From Eledone cirrhosa (taxonomy: Eukaryota): 64,000 nucleotides of DNA. A program made the position numbers and the translations under genes. The stretch covers positions 62,001 through 126,000 of the forward strand of contig CAXHJY010000329.1 in NCBI GenBank assembly GCA_964016885.1, in the 5' to 3' direction. Under the pieces are notes generated by a model that was not told the origin of the DNA, did no database searches, and was given only the letters and a program-made list of their open reading frames with translations. Positions within the stretch are counted from its first letter, which is position 1. Every line of letters starts with the position of its first letter. Positions 13,260-28,409 of this stretch are shown one piece after another.

Positions 13260-16200
13260 TTGGCAGAATGGGTGGAGCGTCAGACAACAGAGTTATGGTT
13301 TATACTCCCTGTTATTAGACTATAATATTGGCAGAATGGGTGGAGCGTCAGACAACAGAGTTATGGTTTATACGCCCTGTTATTAGACAATAATATTGGC
13401 AGAATGGGTGGAGCGTCAGACAACAGAGTTATGGTTTATACGCCCTGTTATTAGACTATAATATTGGCAGAATGGGTGGAAGGTCAGACAATAGAGTTAT
13501 GGTTTATACGCCCTGTTATTAGACTATAATATTGGCAGAATGGGTGGAGCGTCAGACACCAGAGTTATGGTTTATACGCCCTGTTATTAGACTATAATAT
13601 TGGCAGAATGGGTGGAGCGTCAGACAACAGACTTATGGTTTATACGCCCTGTTATTAGACTATAATATTGGCAGAATGGGTGGAGCAGCAGACAACAGAG
13701 ATATGGTTTATACGCCCTGTTATTAGACTATAATATTGGCAGAATCTGTGGAGCGTCAGACAATAGAGTTATGATTTATACGCCCTGTTATTAGACTATA
13801 ATATTGGCAGACTGGGTGGAGCGTCAGACACCAGAGTTATGGTTTATACGCCCTGTTATTAGACTATAATATTGGCAGAATGGGTGGAGCGTCAGACAAC
13901 AGGTTTATGATTTATACGCCCTGTTATTAGACTATAATATTGGCAGAATGGGTGGAGCGTCAGACAACAGAGTTATGGTTTATACGCAGTTATTAGACTA
14001 TAATATTGGCAGAATGGGTGGAGCATCAGACACCAGAGTTATGGTTTATACGCCCTGTTATTAGACTATAATATTGGCAGAATGGGTGGAGCGTCAGACA
14101 CCAGAGTTATGGTTTATACGCCCTGTTATTAGACTATAATATTGGCAGAATGGGTGGAGCATCAGACAACAGAGTTATGGTTTATACGCCCTGTTATTAG
14201 ACTATAATATTGGCAGAATGGGTGGAGCATCAGGCACCAGAGTTATGATTTATACGCCCTGGTATTAGACTATAATATTGGCAGAATTGGTGGAGCGTCA
14301 GACAACAGAGTTATGGTTTATACGTCCGGTTATTAGACTATAATATTGGCAGAATGGGTGGAGCGTCAGACACCAGAGTTATGGTTTATACGCCCTGTTA
14401 TTAGACTATAATATTGGCAGAATGGGTGGAGCGTCAGACACCAGAGTTATGGTTTTTACGCCCTGTTATTAGACTATAATATTGGCAGAATGGGTGGAGC
14501 ATCAGACACCAGAGTTATGGTTTATACGCCCTGTTATTAGACTATAATATTGGCAGAATGGGTGGAGCATCAGACACCAGAGTTATGGTTTATACACCCT
14601 GTTATTAGACTATAATATTGGCAGAAAGGGTGGAGCGTCAGACACCAGAGTGATGGTTTATACGCCCTGTTATTAGACTATAATATTGGCAGAATGGGTG
14701 GAGCGTCAGGCACCAGAGTTATGGTTTATACGCCCTGTTATTAGATTATAATATTGGCAGAATGGGTGGAGCGTCAGACACCAGAGTTTTGGTTTATGCG
14801 CCCTGTTATTAGACTATAATATTGGCAGAATGTGTGGAGCGTCAGACAACAGAGTTATGGTTTATACGCACTGTTATTAGACTATAATATTGGCAGAATG
14901 GGTGGAGCGTCAGACACCAGAGTTATGGTTATACGCCCTGTTATTAGACTATAATATTGGCAGAATGGGTGGAGCGTCAGACAACAGAGTTATGGTTTAT
15001 ACGCCCTGTTATTAGACTATAATATTGGCAGAATGGGTGGAGCATCAGACACCAGAGTTATGGTTTATACGCCCTGTTATTAGACTATAATATTGGCAGA
15101 ATGGGTGGAGCATCAGACACCAGAGTTATGGTTTATACGCCCTGTTATTAGACTATAATATTGGCAGAATGGGTGGAGCATCAGACAGCAGAGTTATGGT
15201 TTATACGCCCTGTTATTAGACTATAATATTGGCAGAATGGGTGGAGCGTCAGACAACAGAGTTTTGGTTTATACGCCCTGTTATTAGACTATAATATTGG
15301 CAGAATGGGTGGAGCATCAGACACCAGAGTTATGGTTTATACGCCCTGTTATTAGACTATAATATTGGCAGAATGGGTGGAGCATCAGACACCAGAGTTA
15401 TGGTTATTACGCCCTGTTATTAGACTATAATATTGGCAGAATGGGTGGAGCGTCAGACAACAGAGTTATGGTTTATACGCCCTGTTATTAGACTATAATA
15501 TTGGCAGAATGGGTGGAGCGTCAGACAACAGAGTTATGGTTTATACGCCCTGTTATTAGACTATCATATTGGCAGAATGGGTGGAGCGTCAGACAACAGA
15601 GTTATGGTTTATACGCCCTGTTATTAGACTATAATATTGGCAGAATGGGTGGAGCGTCAGACACCAGAGTTATGGTTTATACGCCCTGTTATTAGACTAT
15701 AATATTGGCAGAATGGGTGGAGCGTCAGACAACAGAGTTATGGTTTATACGCCCTGTTATTAGACTATAATATTGGCAGAATGGGTGGAGCGTCAGACAA
15801 CAGAGTTTTGGTTTATACGCTCTGTTATCAGACTATAATATTGGCAGAATGGGTGGAGCGTCAGACACCAGAGTTATGGGTCATACGCCCTGTTATTAGA
15901 CTATAATATTGGCAGAATGGGTGGAGCGTCAGACAACAGAGTTATGGTTTATACGCCCTGTTATTAGACTATAATATTGGCAGAACGGGTGGAGCGTCAG
16001 ACAACAGAGTTATGGTTTATACGCCCTGTTATTAGACTATAATATTGGCAGCATGGGTGGAGCGTCAGACGACAGAGTTATGGTTTATACGCCTTGTTAT
16101 TAGACTATAATATTGGCAGAATGTGTGGAGCGTCAGACAACAGAGTTATGGTTTATACGCCCTGTTATTAGACTATAATATTGGCAGAATGGGTGGAGCG

Positions 16201-18620
16201 TCAGACACCAGAGTTATGGTTTATACGCCCTGCTATTAGACAATAATATTGGCAGAATTGGTGGAGCGTCAGACAACAGAGTTATGGTTTATACGCCCTG
16301 TTATTAGACTATAGTATTGGCAGAATGGGTGGAGCGTCAGACAACAGAGTTATGGTTTATACGCCCTGTTATTAGACTATAATATCGGCAGAATGGGTGG
16401 AGCGTCAGACACCAGAGTTATGGTTTATACGCCCTGTTATTAGACTATAATATTGGCAGAATGGGTGGAGCGTCAGACAACAGAGTTATGGTTTATACGC
16501 CCTGTTATTAGACTATAATATTGGCAGAATGGGTGGAGCATCAGACACCAGAGTTATGGTTTATACGCCCTGTTGTTAGACTATAATATTGGCAGAATGG
16601 GTGGAGCGTCAGACACCAGAGTTATGGTTTATACGCCCTGTTATTAGACTATAATATTGGCAGAATGGGTGGAGCGTCAGACAACAGAGTTATGGTTTAT
16701 ACGCCCTGTTATTAGACTATAATATTGGCAGAATGGGTGGAGCGTCAGACAACAGAGTTATGGTTTATACGCCCTGTTATTAGACTATAATATTGGCAGA
16801 ATGGGTGGGGCGTCAGACAACAGAGTTATAGTTTAAACGCCCTGTTATTAGACTATAATATTGGGAGAATGGGTGGAGCGTCTGACAACAGAGTTATGGT
16901 TTATACGCCCTGTTATTAGACTATAATATTGGCAGAATGGGTGGAGCGTCAGACAACAGACTTATGTTTTATACGCCCTGTTATTAGACTATAATATTGG
17001 CAGAATGGGTGGAGCGGCAGACAACAGAGATATGGTTTATACGCCCTGTTATTAGACTATAATATTGGCAGAATCTGTGGAGCGTCAGACAATAGAGTTA
17101 TGGTTTATACGCCCTGTTATTAGACTATAATATTGGCAGAATGGGTGGAGCGTCAGACAACAGAGTTATGGTTTATACGCCCTGTTATTAGACTATAATA
17201 TTGGCAAAATGGGTGGAGCGTCAGACACCAGAGTTATGTTTTATACGCCCTGTTATTAGACTATAATATTGGCAGAATGGGTGGAGTGTCAGACAACAGT
17301 GTTATGGTTTATACGCCCTGTTATTAGACTATAATATTGGCAGAATAGGTGGAGCGTCAGACAACAGAGTTATGGTTTATACGCCCTGTTATTAGACTAT
17401 AATATTGGCAGAATGGGTGGAGCGTCAGACAACAGACTTATGTTTTATACGCCCTGTTATTAGACTATAATATTGGCAGAATGGGTGGAGCGGCAGACAA
17501 CAGAGATATGGTTTATACGCCCTGTTATTAGACTATAATATTGGCAGAATCTGTGGAGCGTCAGACAATAGAGTTATGGTTTATACGCCCTGTTATTAGA
17601 CTATAATATTGGCAGAATGGGTGGAGCGTCAGACAACAGAGTTATGGTTTATACGCCCTGTTATTAGACTATAATATTGGCAAAATGGGTGGAGCGTCAG
17701 ACACCAGAGTTATGTTTTATACGCCCTGTTATTAGACTATAATATTGGCAGAATGGGTGGAGTGTCAGACAACAGTGTTATGGTTTATACGCCCTGTTAT
17801 CAGACTATAATATTGGCAGAATGGGTGGAGCGTCAGGCACCAGAGTTATGGTTTATACGCCCTGTTATTAGACTATAATATTGGCAGAATGGGTGGAGCG
17901 TCAGACACCAGAGTTCTGGTTTATGCGCCCTGTTATTAGACTATATTATTGGCAGAATGTGTGGAGCGTCAGACAACAGAGTTATGGTTTATACGCACTG
18001 TTATTAGACTATAATATTGGCAGAATGGGTGGAGCGTCAGACACCAGAGTTATGGTTTATACGCCCTGTTATTAGACTATAATATTGGCAGAATGGGTGG
18101 AGCGTCAGACAACAGAGTTATGGTTTATACGCCCTGTTATTAGACTATAATATTGGCAGAATGGGTGGAGCATCAGACACAGAGTTATGGTTTATACGCC
18201 CTGTTATTAGACTATAATATTGGCAGAATGGGTGGAGCGTCAGACACCAGAGTTATAGTTTATACGCCCTGTTATTAGACTATAATATTGGCAGAATGGG
18301 TGGAGCATCAGACACCAGAGTTATGGTTTATACGCCCTGTTATTAGACTATAATATTGGCAGAATGGGTGGAGCATCAGACAGCAGAGTTATGGTTTATA
18401 CGCCCTGTTATTAGACTATAATATTGGCAGAATGGGTGGAGCGTCAGACAACAGAGTTTTGGTTTATACGCCCTGTTATTAGACTATAATATTGGCAGAA
18501 TGGGTGGAGCGTCAGACAACAGAGTTATGGTTTATACGCCCTGTTATTAGACTATCATATTGGCAGAATGGGTGGAGCGTCAGACAACAGAGTTATGGTT
18601 TATACGCCCTGTTATTAGAC
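13260..18620. repeat. Dispersed ~5 kb variant block, copy A (approximate limits)
   Basis: Rare markers in order: TACTCCC, CAGGCACC/CTGGTA, CGTCCGG, GGGTCATA, GAACGGG, GACGACAG, TTTAAACG, GGCAAAAT, GTTCTGG/TATATTATT and the GACACAGAG deletion. ORFs 15501, 17881 and 18492 recur at +14950. Confidence 0.85.
16928..17811. repeat. Local duplication with 7-monomer (476 bp) period, also present in blocks B and C
   Basis: GACTTATGTTTT, GCGGCAG, AATCTG, GGCAAAAT and GAGTGTC/ACAGTG monomers each recur 476 bp apart (starts 16928 and 17404). Confidence 0.85.
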
Positions 18621-21600
18621 TATAATATTGGCAGAATGGGTGGAGCGTCAGACAACAGAGTTATGGTTTATACGCTCTGTTATCAGACTATAATATTGGC
18701 AGAATGGGTGGAGCGTCAGACACCAGAGTTATGGTTTATACGCCCTGTAATTAGACTATAATATTGGCAGAATGGGGGGAGCGTCAGACAACAGAGTTAT
18801 GGTTTATACGCCCTGTTATTAGACAATAATATTGGCAGAATGGGTGGAGCGTCAGACAACAGAGTTATGGTTTATACGCCCTGTTATTAGACTATAGTAT
18901 TGGCAGAATGGGTGGAGCGTCAGACAACAGAGTTATGGTTTATACGCCCTGTTATTAGACTATAATATTGGCAGAATGGGTGGAGCGTCAGACACCAGAG
19001 TTATGGTTTATACGCACTGTTATTAGACTATAATATTGGCAGAATGGGTGGAGCATCAGACACCAGAGATATGGTTTATACGCCCTGTTGTTAGACTATA
19101 ATATTGGAAGAATGGGTGGAGCGTCAGACACCAGAGTTATGGTTTATACGCCCTGTTATTAGACTATAATATTGGCAGAATGGGTGGAGCGTCAGACAAC
19201 AGAGTTATGGTTTATACGCCCTGTTATTAGACTATAATATTGGCAGAATGGGTGGAGCGTCAGACAACAGAGTTATGGTTTATACGCCCTGTTATTAGAC
19301 TATAATATTGGCAGCATGGATGGAGCGTCAGACAACAGAGTTATGGTTTATACGCCCTGTTATTAGACTATAATATTGGCAGAATGGGTGGAGCGTCAGA
19401 CAACAGAGTTATGGTTTATACGCCCTGTTATTAGACTATAATATTGGCAGAATGGGTGGAGCGTCAGACAACAGAGTTATGGTTTATACGCCCTGTTATT
19501 AGACAATAATATTGGCAGAATGGGTGGAGCGTCAGACAACAGAGTTATGGTTTATACGCCCTGTTATTAGACTATAATATTGGCAGAATGGGTGGAGCGT
19601 CAGACAATAGAGTTATGGTTTATACGCCCTGTTATTAGACTATAATATTGGCAGAATGGGTGGAGCGTCAGACACCAGAGTTATGGTTTATACGCCCTGT
19701 TATTAGACTATAATATTGGCAGAATGGGTGGAGCGTCAGACAACAGACTTATGGTTTATACGCCCTGTTATTAGACTATAATATTGGCAGAATGGGTGGA
19801 GCAGCAGACAACAGAGATATGGTTTATACGCCCTGTTATTAGACTATAATATTGGCAGAATGGGTGGAGCGTCAGACACCAGAGTTATGGTTTATACGCC
19901 CTGTTATTAGACTATAATATTGGCAGAATGGGTGGAGCGTCAGACACCAGAGTTATGATTTATACGCCCTGTTATTAGACTATAATATTGGCAGACTGGG
20001 TGGAGCGTCAGACACCAGAGTTATGGTTTATACGCCCTGTTATTAGACTATAATATTGGCAGAATGGGTGGAGCGTCAGACAACAGGTTTATGATTTATA
20101 CGCCCTGTTATTAGACTATAATATTGGCAGAATGGGTGGAGCGTCAGACAACAGAGTTATGGTTTATACGCAGTTATTAGACTATAATATTGGCAGAATG
20201 GGTGGAGCATCAGACACCAGAGTTATGGTTTATACGCCCTGTTATTAGACTATAATATTGGCAGAATGGGTGGAGCGTCAGACACCAGAGTTATGGTTTA
20301 TGCGCCCTGTTATTAGACTATAATATTGGCAGAATGGGTGGAGCATCAGACACCAGAGTTATGGTTTATACGCCCTGTTATTAGACTATAATATTGGCAG
20401 AATGGGTGGAGCGTCAGACACCAGAGTTATGGTTTATACGCCCTGTTATTAGACTATAATATTGGCAGAATGGGTGGAGCATCAGACACCAGAGTTATGG
20501 TTTATACGCCCTGTTATTAGACTATAATATTGGCAGAATGGGTGGAGCATCAGACACCAGAGTTATGGTTATTACGCCCTGTTATTAGACTATAATATTG
20601 GCAGAATGGGTGGAGCGTCAGACAACAGAGTTATGGTTTATACGCCCTGTTATTAGACTATAATATTGGCAGAATGGGTGGAGCGTCAGACAACAGAGTT
20701 ATGGTTTATACGCCCTGTTATTAGACTATCATATTGGCAGAATGGGTGGAGCGTCAGACAACAGAGTTATGGTTTATACGCCCTGTTATTAGACTATAAT
20801 ATTGACAGAATGGGTGGAGCATCAGACACCAGAGTTATGGTTTATACGCCCTGTTATTAGACTATAATATTGGCAGAATGGGTGGAGCGTCAGACACCAG
20901 AGTTATGGTTTATACGCCCTGTTATTAGACTATAATATTGGCAGAATGGGTGGAGCATCAGACACCAGAGTTATGGTTTATACGCCCTGTTATTAGACTA
21001 TAATATTGGCAGAATGGGTGGAGCATCAGACACCAGAGTTATGGTTTATACGCCCTGTTATTAGACTATCATATTGGCAGAATGGGTGGAGCGTCAGACA
21101 ACAGAGTTATGGTTTATACGCCCTGTTATTAGACTATAATATTGGCAGAATGGGTGGAGCGTCAGACACCAGAGTTATGGTTTATACGCCCTGTTATTAG
21201 ACTATAATATTGGCAGAATGGGTGGAGCGTCAGACAACAGAGTTATGTTTTATACGCCCTGTTATTAGACTATAATATTGGCAGAATGGGTGGAGCGTCA
21301 GACAACAGAGTTATGGTTTATACGCCCTGTTATTAGACTATAATATTGGCAGAATGGGTGGAGCGTCAGACAACAGAGTTATGGTTTATACGCTCTGTTA
21401 TCAGACTATAATATTGGCAGAATGGGTGGAGCGTCAGACACCAGAGTTATGGTTTATACGCCCTGTAATTAGACTATAATATTGGCAGAATGGGGGGAGC
21501 GTCAGACAACAGAGTTATGGTTTATACGCCCTGTTATTAGACAATAATATTGGCAGAATGGGTGGAGCGTCAGACAACAGAGTTATGGTTTATACGCCCT

Positions 21601-24600
21601 GTTATTAGACTATAGTATTGGCAGAATGGGTGGAGCGTCAGACAACAGAGTTATGGTTTATACGCCCTGTTATTAGACTATAATATTGGCAGAATGGGTG
21701 GAGCGTCAGACACCAGAGTTATGGTTTATACGCACTGTTATTAGACTATAATATTGGCAGAATGGGTGGAGCATCAGACACCAGAGATATGGTTTATACG
21801 CCCTGTTATTAGACTATAATATTGGCAGAATGGGTGGAGCGTCAGACACCAGAGTTATGGTTTATACGCCCTGTTATTAGACTATAATATTGGCAGAATG
21901 GGTGGAGCGTCAGACAACAGACTTATGGTTTATACGCCCTGTTATTAGACTATAATATTGGCAGAATGGGTGGAGCGTCAGACAACAGAGTTATGGTTTA
22001 TACGCCCTGTTATTAGACTATAATATTGGCAGCATGGGTGGAGCGTCAGACAACAGAGTTATGGTTTATACGCCCTGTTATTAGACTATAATATTGGCAG
22101 AATGGGTGGAGCGTCAGACAACAGAGTTATGGTTTATACTCCCTGTTATTAGACTATAATATTGGCAGAATGGGTGGAGCGTCAGACAACAGAGTTATGG
22201 TTTATACGCCCTGTTATTAGACAATAATATTGGCAGAATGGGTGGAGCGTCAGACAACAGAGTTATGGTTTATACGCCCTGTTATTAGACTATAATATTG
22301 GCAGAATGGGTGGAGCGTCAGACAATAGAGTTATGGTTTATACGCCCTGTTATTAGACTATAATATTGGCAGAATGGGTGGAGCGTCAGACACCAGAGTT
22401 ATGGTTTATACGCCCTGTTATTAGACTATAATATTGGCAGAATGGGTGGAGCGTCAGACAACAGACTTATGGTTTATACGCCCTGTTATTAGACTATAAT
22501 ATTGGCAGAATGGGTGGAGCAGCAGACAACAGAGATATGGTTTATACGCCCTGTTATTAGACTATAATATTGGCAGAATCTGTGGAGCGTCAGACAATAG
22601 AGTTATGATTTATACGCCCTGTTATTAGACTATAATATTGGCAGAATGGGTGGAGCGTCAGACACCAGAGTTATGGTTTATACGCACTGTTATTAGACTA
22701 TAATATTGGCAGAATGGGTGGAGCATCAGACACCAGAGATATGGTTTATACGCCCTGTTGTTAGACTATAATATTGGAAGAATGGGTGGAGCGTCAGACA
22801 CCAGAGTTATGGTTTATACGCCCTGTTATTAGACTATAATATTGGCAGAATGGGTGGAGCGTCAGACAACAGAGTTATGGTTTATACGCCCTGTTATTAG
22901 ACTATAATATTGGCAGAATGGGTGGAGCGTCAGACACCAGAGTTATGGTTTATACGCACTGTTATTAGACTATAATATTGGCAGAATGGGTGGAGCATCA
23001 GACACCAGAGATATGGTTTATACGCCCTGTTGTTAGACTATAATATTGGAAGAATGGGTGGAGCGTCAGACACCAGAGTTATGGTTTATACGCCCTGTTA
23101 TTAGACTATAATATTGGCAGAATGGGTGGAGCGTCAGACAACAGAGTTATGGTTTATACGCCCTGTTATTAGACTATAATATTGGCAGAATGGGTGGAGC
23201 GTCAGACAACAGAGTTATGGTTTATACGCCCTGTTATTAGACTATAATATTGGCAGCATGGATGGAGCGTCAGACAACAGAGTTATGGTTTATACGCCCT
23301 GTTATTAGACTATAATATTGGCAGAATGGGTGGAGCGTCAGACAACAGAGTTATGGTTTATACGCCCTGTTATTAGACTATAATATTGGCAGAATGGGTG
23401 GAGCGTCAGACAACAGAGTTATGGTTTATACGCCCTGTTATTAGACAATAATATTGGCAGAATGGGTGGAGCGTCAGACAACAGAGTTATGGTTTATACG
23501 CCCTGTTATTAGACTATAATATTGGCAGAATGGGTGGAGCGTCAGACAATAGAGTTATGGTTTATACGCCCTGTTATTAGACTATAATATTGGCAGAATG
23601 GGTGGAGCGTCAGACACCAGAGTTATGGTTTATACGCCCTGTTATTAGACTATAATATTGGCAGAATGGGTGGAGCAGCAGACAACAGAGATATGGTTTA
23701 TACGCCCTGTTATTAGACTATAATATTGGCAGAATGGGTGGAGCGTCAGACACCAGAGTTATGGTTTATACGCCCTGTTATTAGACTATAATATTGGCAG
23801 AATGGGTGGAGCGTCAGACAATAGAGTTATGGTTTATACGCCCTGTTATTAGACTATAATATTGGCAGAATGGGTGGAGCGTCAGACACCAGAGTTATGG
23901 TTTATACGCCCTGTTATTAGACTATAATATTGGCAGAATGGGTGGAGCAGCAGACAACAGAGATATGGTTTATACGCCCTGTTATTAGACTATAATATTG
24001 GCAGAATGGGTGGAGCTTCAGACACCAGAGTTATGGTTTATACGCCCTGTTATTAGACTATAATATTGGCAGAATGGGTGGAGCGTCAGACACCAGAGTT
24101 ATGATTTATACGCCCTGTTATTAGACTATAATATTGGCAGACTGGGTGGAGCGTCAGACACCAGAGTTATGGTTTATACGCCCTGTTATTAGACTATAAT
24201 ATTGGCAGAATGGGTGGAGCGTCAGACAACAGGTTTATGATTTATACGCCCTGTTATTAGACTATAATATTGGCAGAATGGGTGGAGCGTCAGACAACAG
24301 AGTTATGGTTTATACGCAGTTATTAGACTATAATATTGGCAGAATGGGTGGAGCATCAGACACCAGAGTTATGGTTTATACGCCCTGTTATTAGACTATA
24401 ATATTGGCAGAATGGGTGGAGCGTCAGACACCAGAGTTATGGTTTATGCGCCCTGTTATTAGACTATAATATTGGCAGAATGGGTGGAGCATCAGACACC
24501 AGAGTTATGGTTTATACGCCCTGTTATTAGACTATAATATTGGCAGAATGGGTGGAGCGTCAGACACCAGAGTTATGGTTTATACGCCCTGTTATTAGAC

Positions 24601-27600
24601 TATAATATTGGCAGAATGGGTGGAGCATCAGACACCAGAGTTATGGTTTATACGCCCTGTTATTAGACTATAATATTGGCAGAATGGGTGGAGCATCAGA
24701 CAACAGAGTTATGGTTTATACGCCCTGTTATTAGACTATAATATTGACAGAATGGGTGGAGCATCAGACACCAGAGTTATGGTTTATACGCCCTGTTATT
24801 AGACTATAATATTGGCAGAATGGGTGGAGCGTCAGACACCAGAGTTATGGTTTATACGCCCTGTTATTAGACTATCATATTGGCAGAATGGGTGGAGCGT
24901 CAGACAACAGAGTTATGGTTTATACGCCCTGTTATTAGACTATAATATTGGCAGAATGGGTGGAGCGTCAGACACCAGAGTTATGGTTTATACGCCCTGT
25001 TATTAGACTATAATATTGGCAGAATGGGTGGAGCGTCAGACAACAGAGTTATGTTTTATACGCCCTGTTATTAGACTATAATATTGGCAGAATGGGTGGA
25101 GCGTCAGACAACAGAGTTATGGTTTATACGCCCTGTTATTAGACTATAATATTGGCAGAATGGGTGGAGCGTCAGACAACAGAGTTATGGTTTATACGCT
25201 CTGTTATCAGACTATAATATTGGCAGAATGGGTGGAGCGTCAGACACCAGAGTTATGGTTTATACGCCCTGTAATTAGACTATAATATTGGCAGAATGGG
25301 GGGAGCGTCAGACAACAGAGTTATGGTTTATACGCCCTGTTATTAGACAATAATATTGGCAGAATGGGTGGAGCGTCAGACAACAGAGTTATGGTTTATA
25401 CGCCCTGTTATTAGACTATAGTATTGGCAGAATGGGTGGAGCGTCAGACAACAGAGTTATGGTTTATACGCCCTGTTATTAGACTATAATATTGGCAGAA
25501 TGGGTGGAGCGTCAGACACCAGAGTTATGGTTTATACGCACTGTTATTAGACTATAATATTGGCAGAATGGGTGGAGCATCAGACACCAGAGATATGGTT
25601 TATACGCCCTGTTGTTAGACTATAATATTGGAAGAATGGGTGGAGCGTCAGACACCAGAGGTATGGTTTATACGCCCTGTTATTAGACTATAATATTGGC
25701 AGAATGGGTGGAGCGTCAGACAACAGAGTTATGGTTTATACGCCCTGTTATTAGACTATAATATTGGCAGAATGGGTGGAGCGTCAGACAACAGAGTTAT
25801 GGTTTATACGCCCTGTTATTAGACTATAATATTGGCAGCATGGGTGGAGCGTCAGACAACAGAGTTATGGTTTATACGCCCTGTTATTAGACTATAATAT
25901 TGGCAGAATGGGTGGAGCGTCAGACAACAGAGTTATGGTTTATACTCCCTGTTATTAGACTATAATATTGGCAGAATGGGTGGAGCGTCAGACAACAGAG
26001 TTATGGTTTATACGCCCTGTTATTAGACAATAATATTGGCAGAATGGGTGGAGCGTCAGACAACAGAGTTATGGTTTATACGCCCTGTTATTAGACTATA
26101 ATATTGGCAGAATGGGTGGAGCGTCAGACAATAGAGTTATGGTTTATACGCCCTGTTATTAGACTATAATATTGGCAGAATGGGTGGAGCGTCAGACACC
26201 AGAGTTATGGTTTATACGCCCTGTTATTAGACTATAATATTGGCAGAATGGGTGGAGCGTCAGACAACAGACTTATGGTTTATACGCCCTGTTATTAGAC
26301 TATAATATTGGCAGAATGGGTGGAGCAGCAGACAACAGAGATATGGTTTATACGCCCTGTTATTAGACTATAATATTGGCAGAATGGGTGGAGCGTCAGA
26401 CACCAGAGTTATGGTTTATACGCCCTGTTATTAGACTATAATATTGGCAGAATGGGTGGAGCGTCAGACACCAGAGTTATGATTTATACGCCCTGTTATT
26501 AGACTATAATATTGGCAGACTGGGTGGAGCGTCAGACACCAGAGTTATGGTTTATACGCCCTGTTATTAGACTATAATATTGGCAGAATGGGTGGAGCGT
26601 CAGACAACAGGTTTATGATTTATACGCCCTGTTATTAGACTATAATATTGGCAGAATGGGTGGAGCGTCAGACAACAGAGTTATGGTTTATACGCAGTTA
26701 TTAGACTATAATATTGGCAGAATGGGTGGAGCATCAGACACCAGAGTTATGGTTTATACGCCCTGTTATTAGACTATAATATTGGCAGAATGGGTGGAGC
26801 GTCAGACACCAGAGTTATGGTTTATGCGCCCTGTTATTAGACTATAATATTGGCAGAATGGGTGGAGCATCAGACACCAGAGTTATGGTTTATACGCCCT
26901 GTTATTAGACTATAATATTGGCAGAATGGGTGGAGCGTCAGACACCAGAGTTATGGTTTATACGCCCTGTTATTAGACTATAATATTGGCAGAATGGGTG
27001 GAGCATCAGACACCAGAGTTATGGTTTATACGCCCTGTTATTAGACTATAATATTGGCAGAATGGGTGGAGCATCAGACACCAGAGTTATGGTTATTACG
27101 CCCTGTTATTAGACTATAATATTGGCAGAATGGGTGGAGCGTCAGACAACAGAGTTATGGTTTATACGCCCTGTTATTAGACTATAATATTGTCAGAATG
27201 GGTGGAGCGTCAGACAACAGAGTTATGGTTTATACGCCCTGTTATTAGACTATCATATTGGCAGAATGGGTGGAGCGTCAGACAACAGAGTTATGGTTTA
27301 TACGCCCTGTTATTAGACTATAATATTGACAGAATGGGTGGAGCATCAGACACCAGAGTTATGGTTTATACGCCCTGTTATTAGACTATCATATTGGCAG
27401 AATGGGTGGAGCGTCAGACAACAGAGTTATGGTTTATACGCCCTGTTATTAGACTATAATATTGGCAGAATGGGTGGAGCGTCAGACACCAGAGTTATGG
27501 TTTATACGCCCTGTTATTAGACTATAATATTGGCAGAATGGGTGGAGCGTCAGACAACAGAGTTATGTTTTATACGCCCTGTTATTAGACTATAATATTG

Positions 27601-28409
27601 GCAGAATGGGTGGAGCGTCAGACAACAGAGTTATGGTTTATACGCCCTGTTATTAGACTATAATATTGGCAGAATGGGTGGAGCGTCAGACAACAGAGTT
27701 ATGGTTTATACGCTCTGTTATCAGACTATAATATTGGCAGAATGGGTGGAGCGTCAGACACCAGAGTTATGGTTTATACGCCCTGTAATTAGACTATAAT
27801 ATTGGCAGAATGGGGGGAGCGTCAGACAACAGAGTTATGGTTTATACGCCCTGTTATTAGACAATAATATTGGCAGAATGGGTGGAGCGTCAGACAACAG
27901 AGTTATGGTTTATACGCCCTGTTATTAGACTATAGTATTGGCAGAATGGGTGGAGCGTCAGACAACAGAGTTATGGTTTATACGCCCTGTTATTAGACTA
28001 TAATATTGGCAGAATGGGTGGAGCGTCAGACACCAGAGTTATGGTTTATACGCACTGTTATTAGACTATAATATTGGCAGAATGGGTGGAGCATCAGACA
28101 CCAGAGATATGGTTTATACGCCCTGTTGTTAGACTATAATATTGGAAGAATGGGTGGAGCGTCAGACACCAGAGTTATGGTTTATACGCCCTGTTATTAG
28201 ACTATAATATTGGCAGAATGGGTGGAGCGTCAGACAACAGAGTTATGGTTTATACGCCCTGTTATTAGACTATAATATTGGCAGAATGGGTGGAGCGTCA
28301 GACAACAGAGTTATGGTTTATACGCCCTGTTATTAGACTATAATATTGGCAGCATGGGTGGAGCGTCAGACAACAGAGTTATGGTTTATACGCCCTGTTA
28401 TTAGACTAT

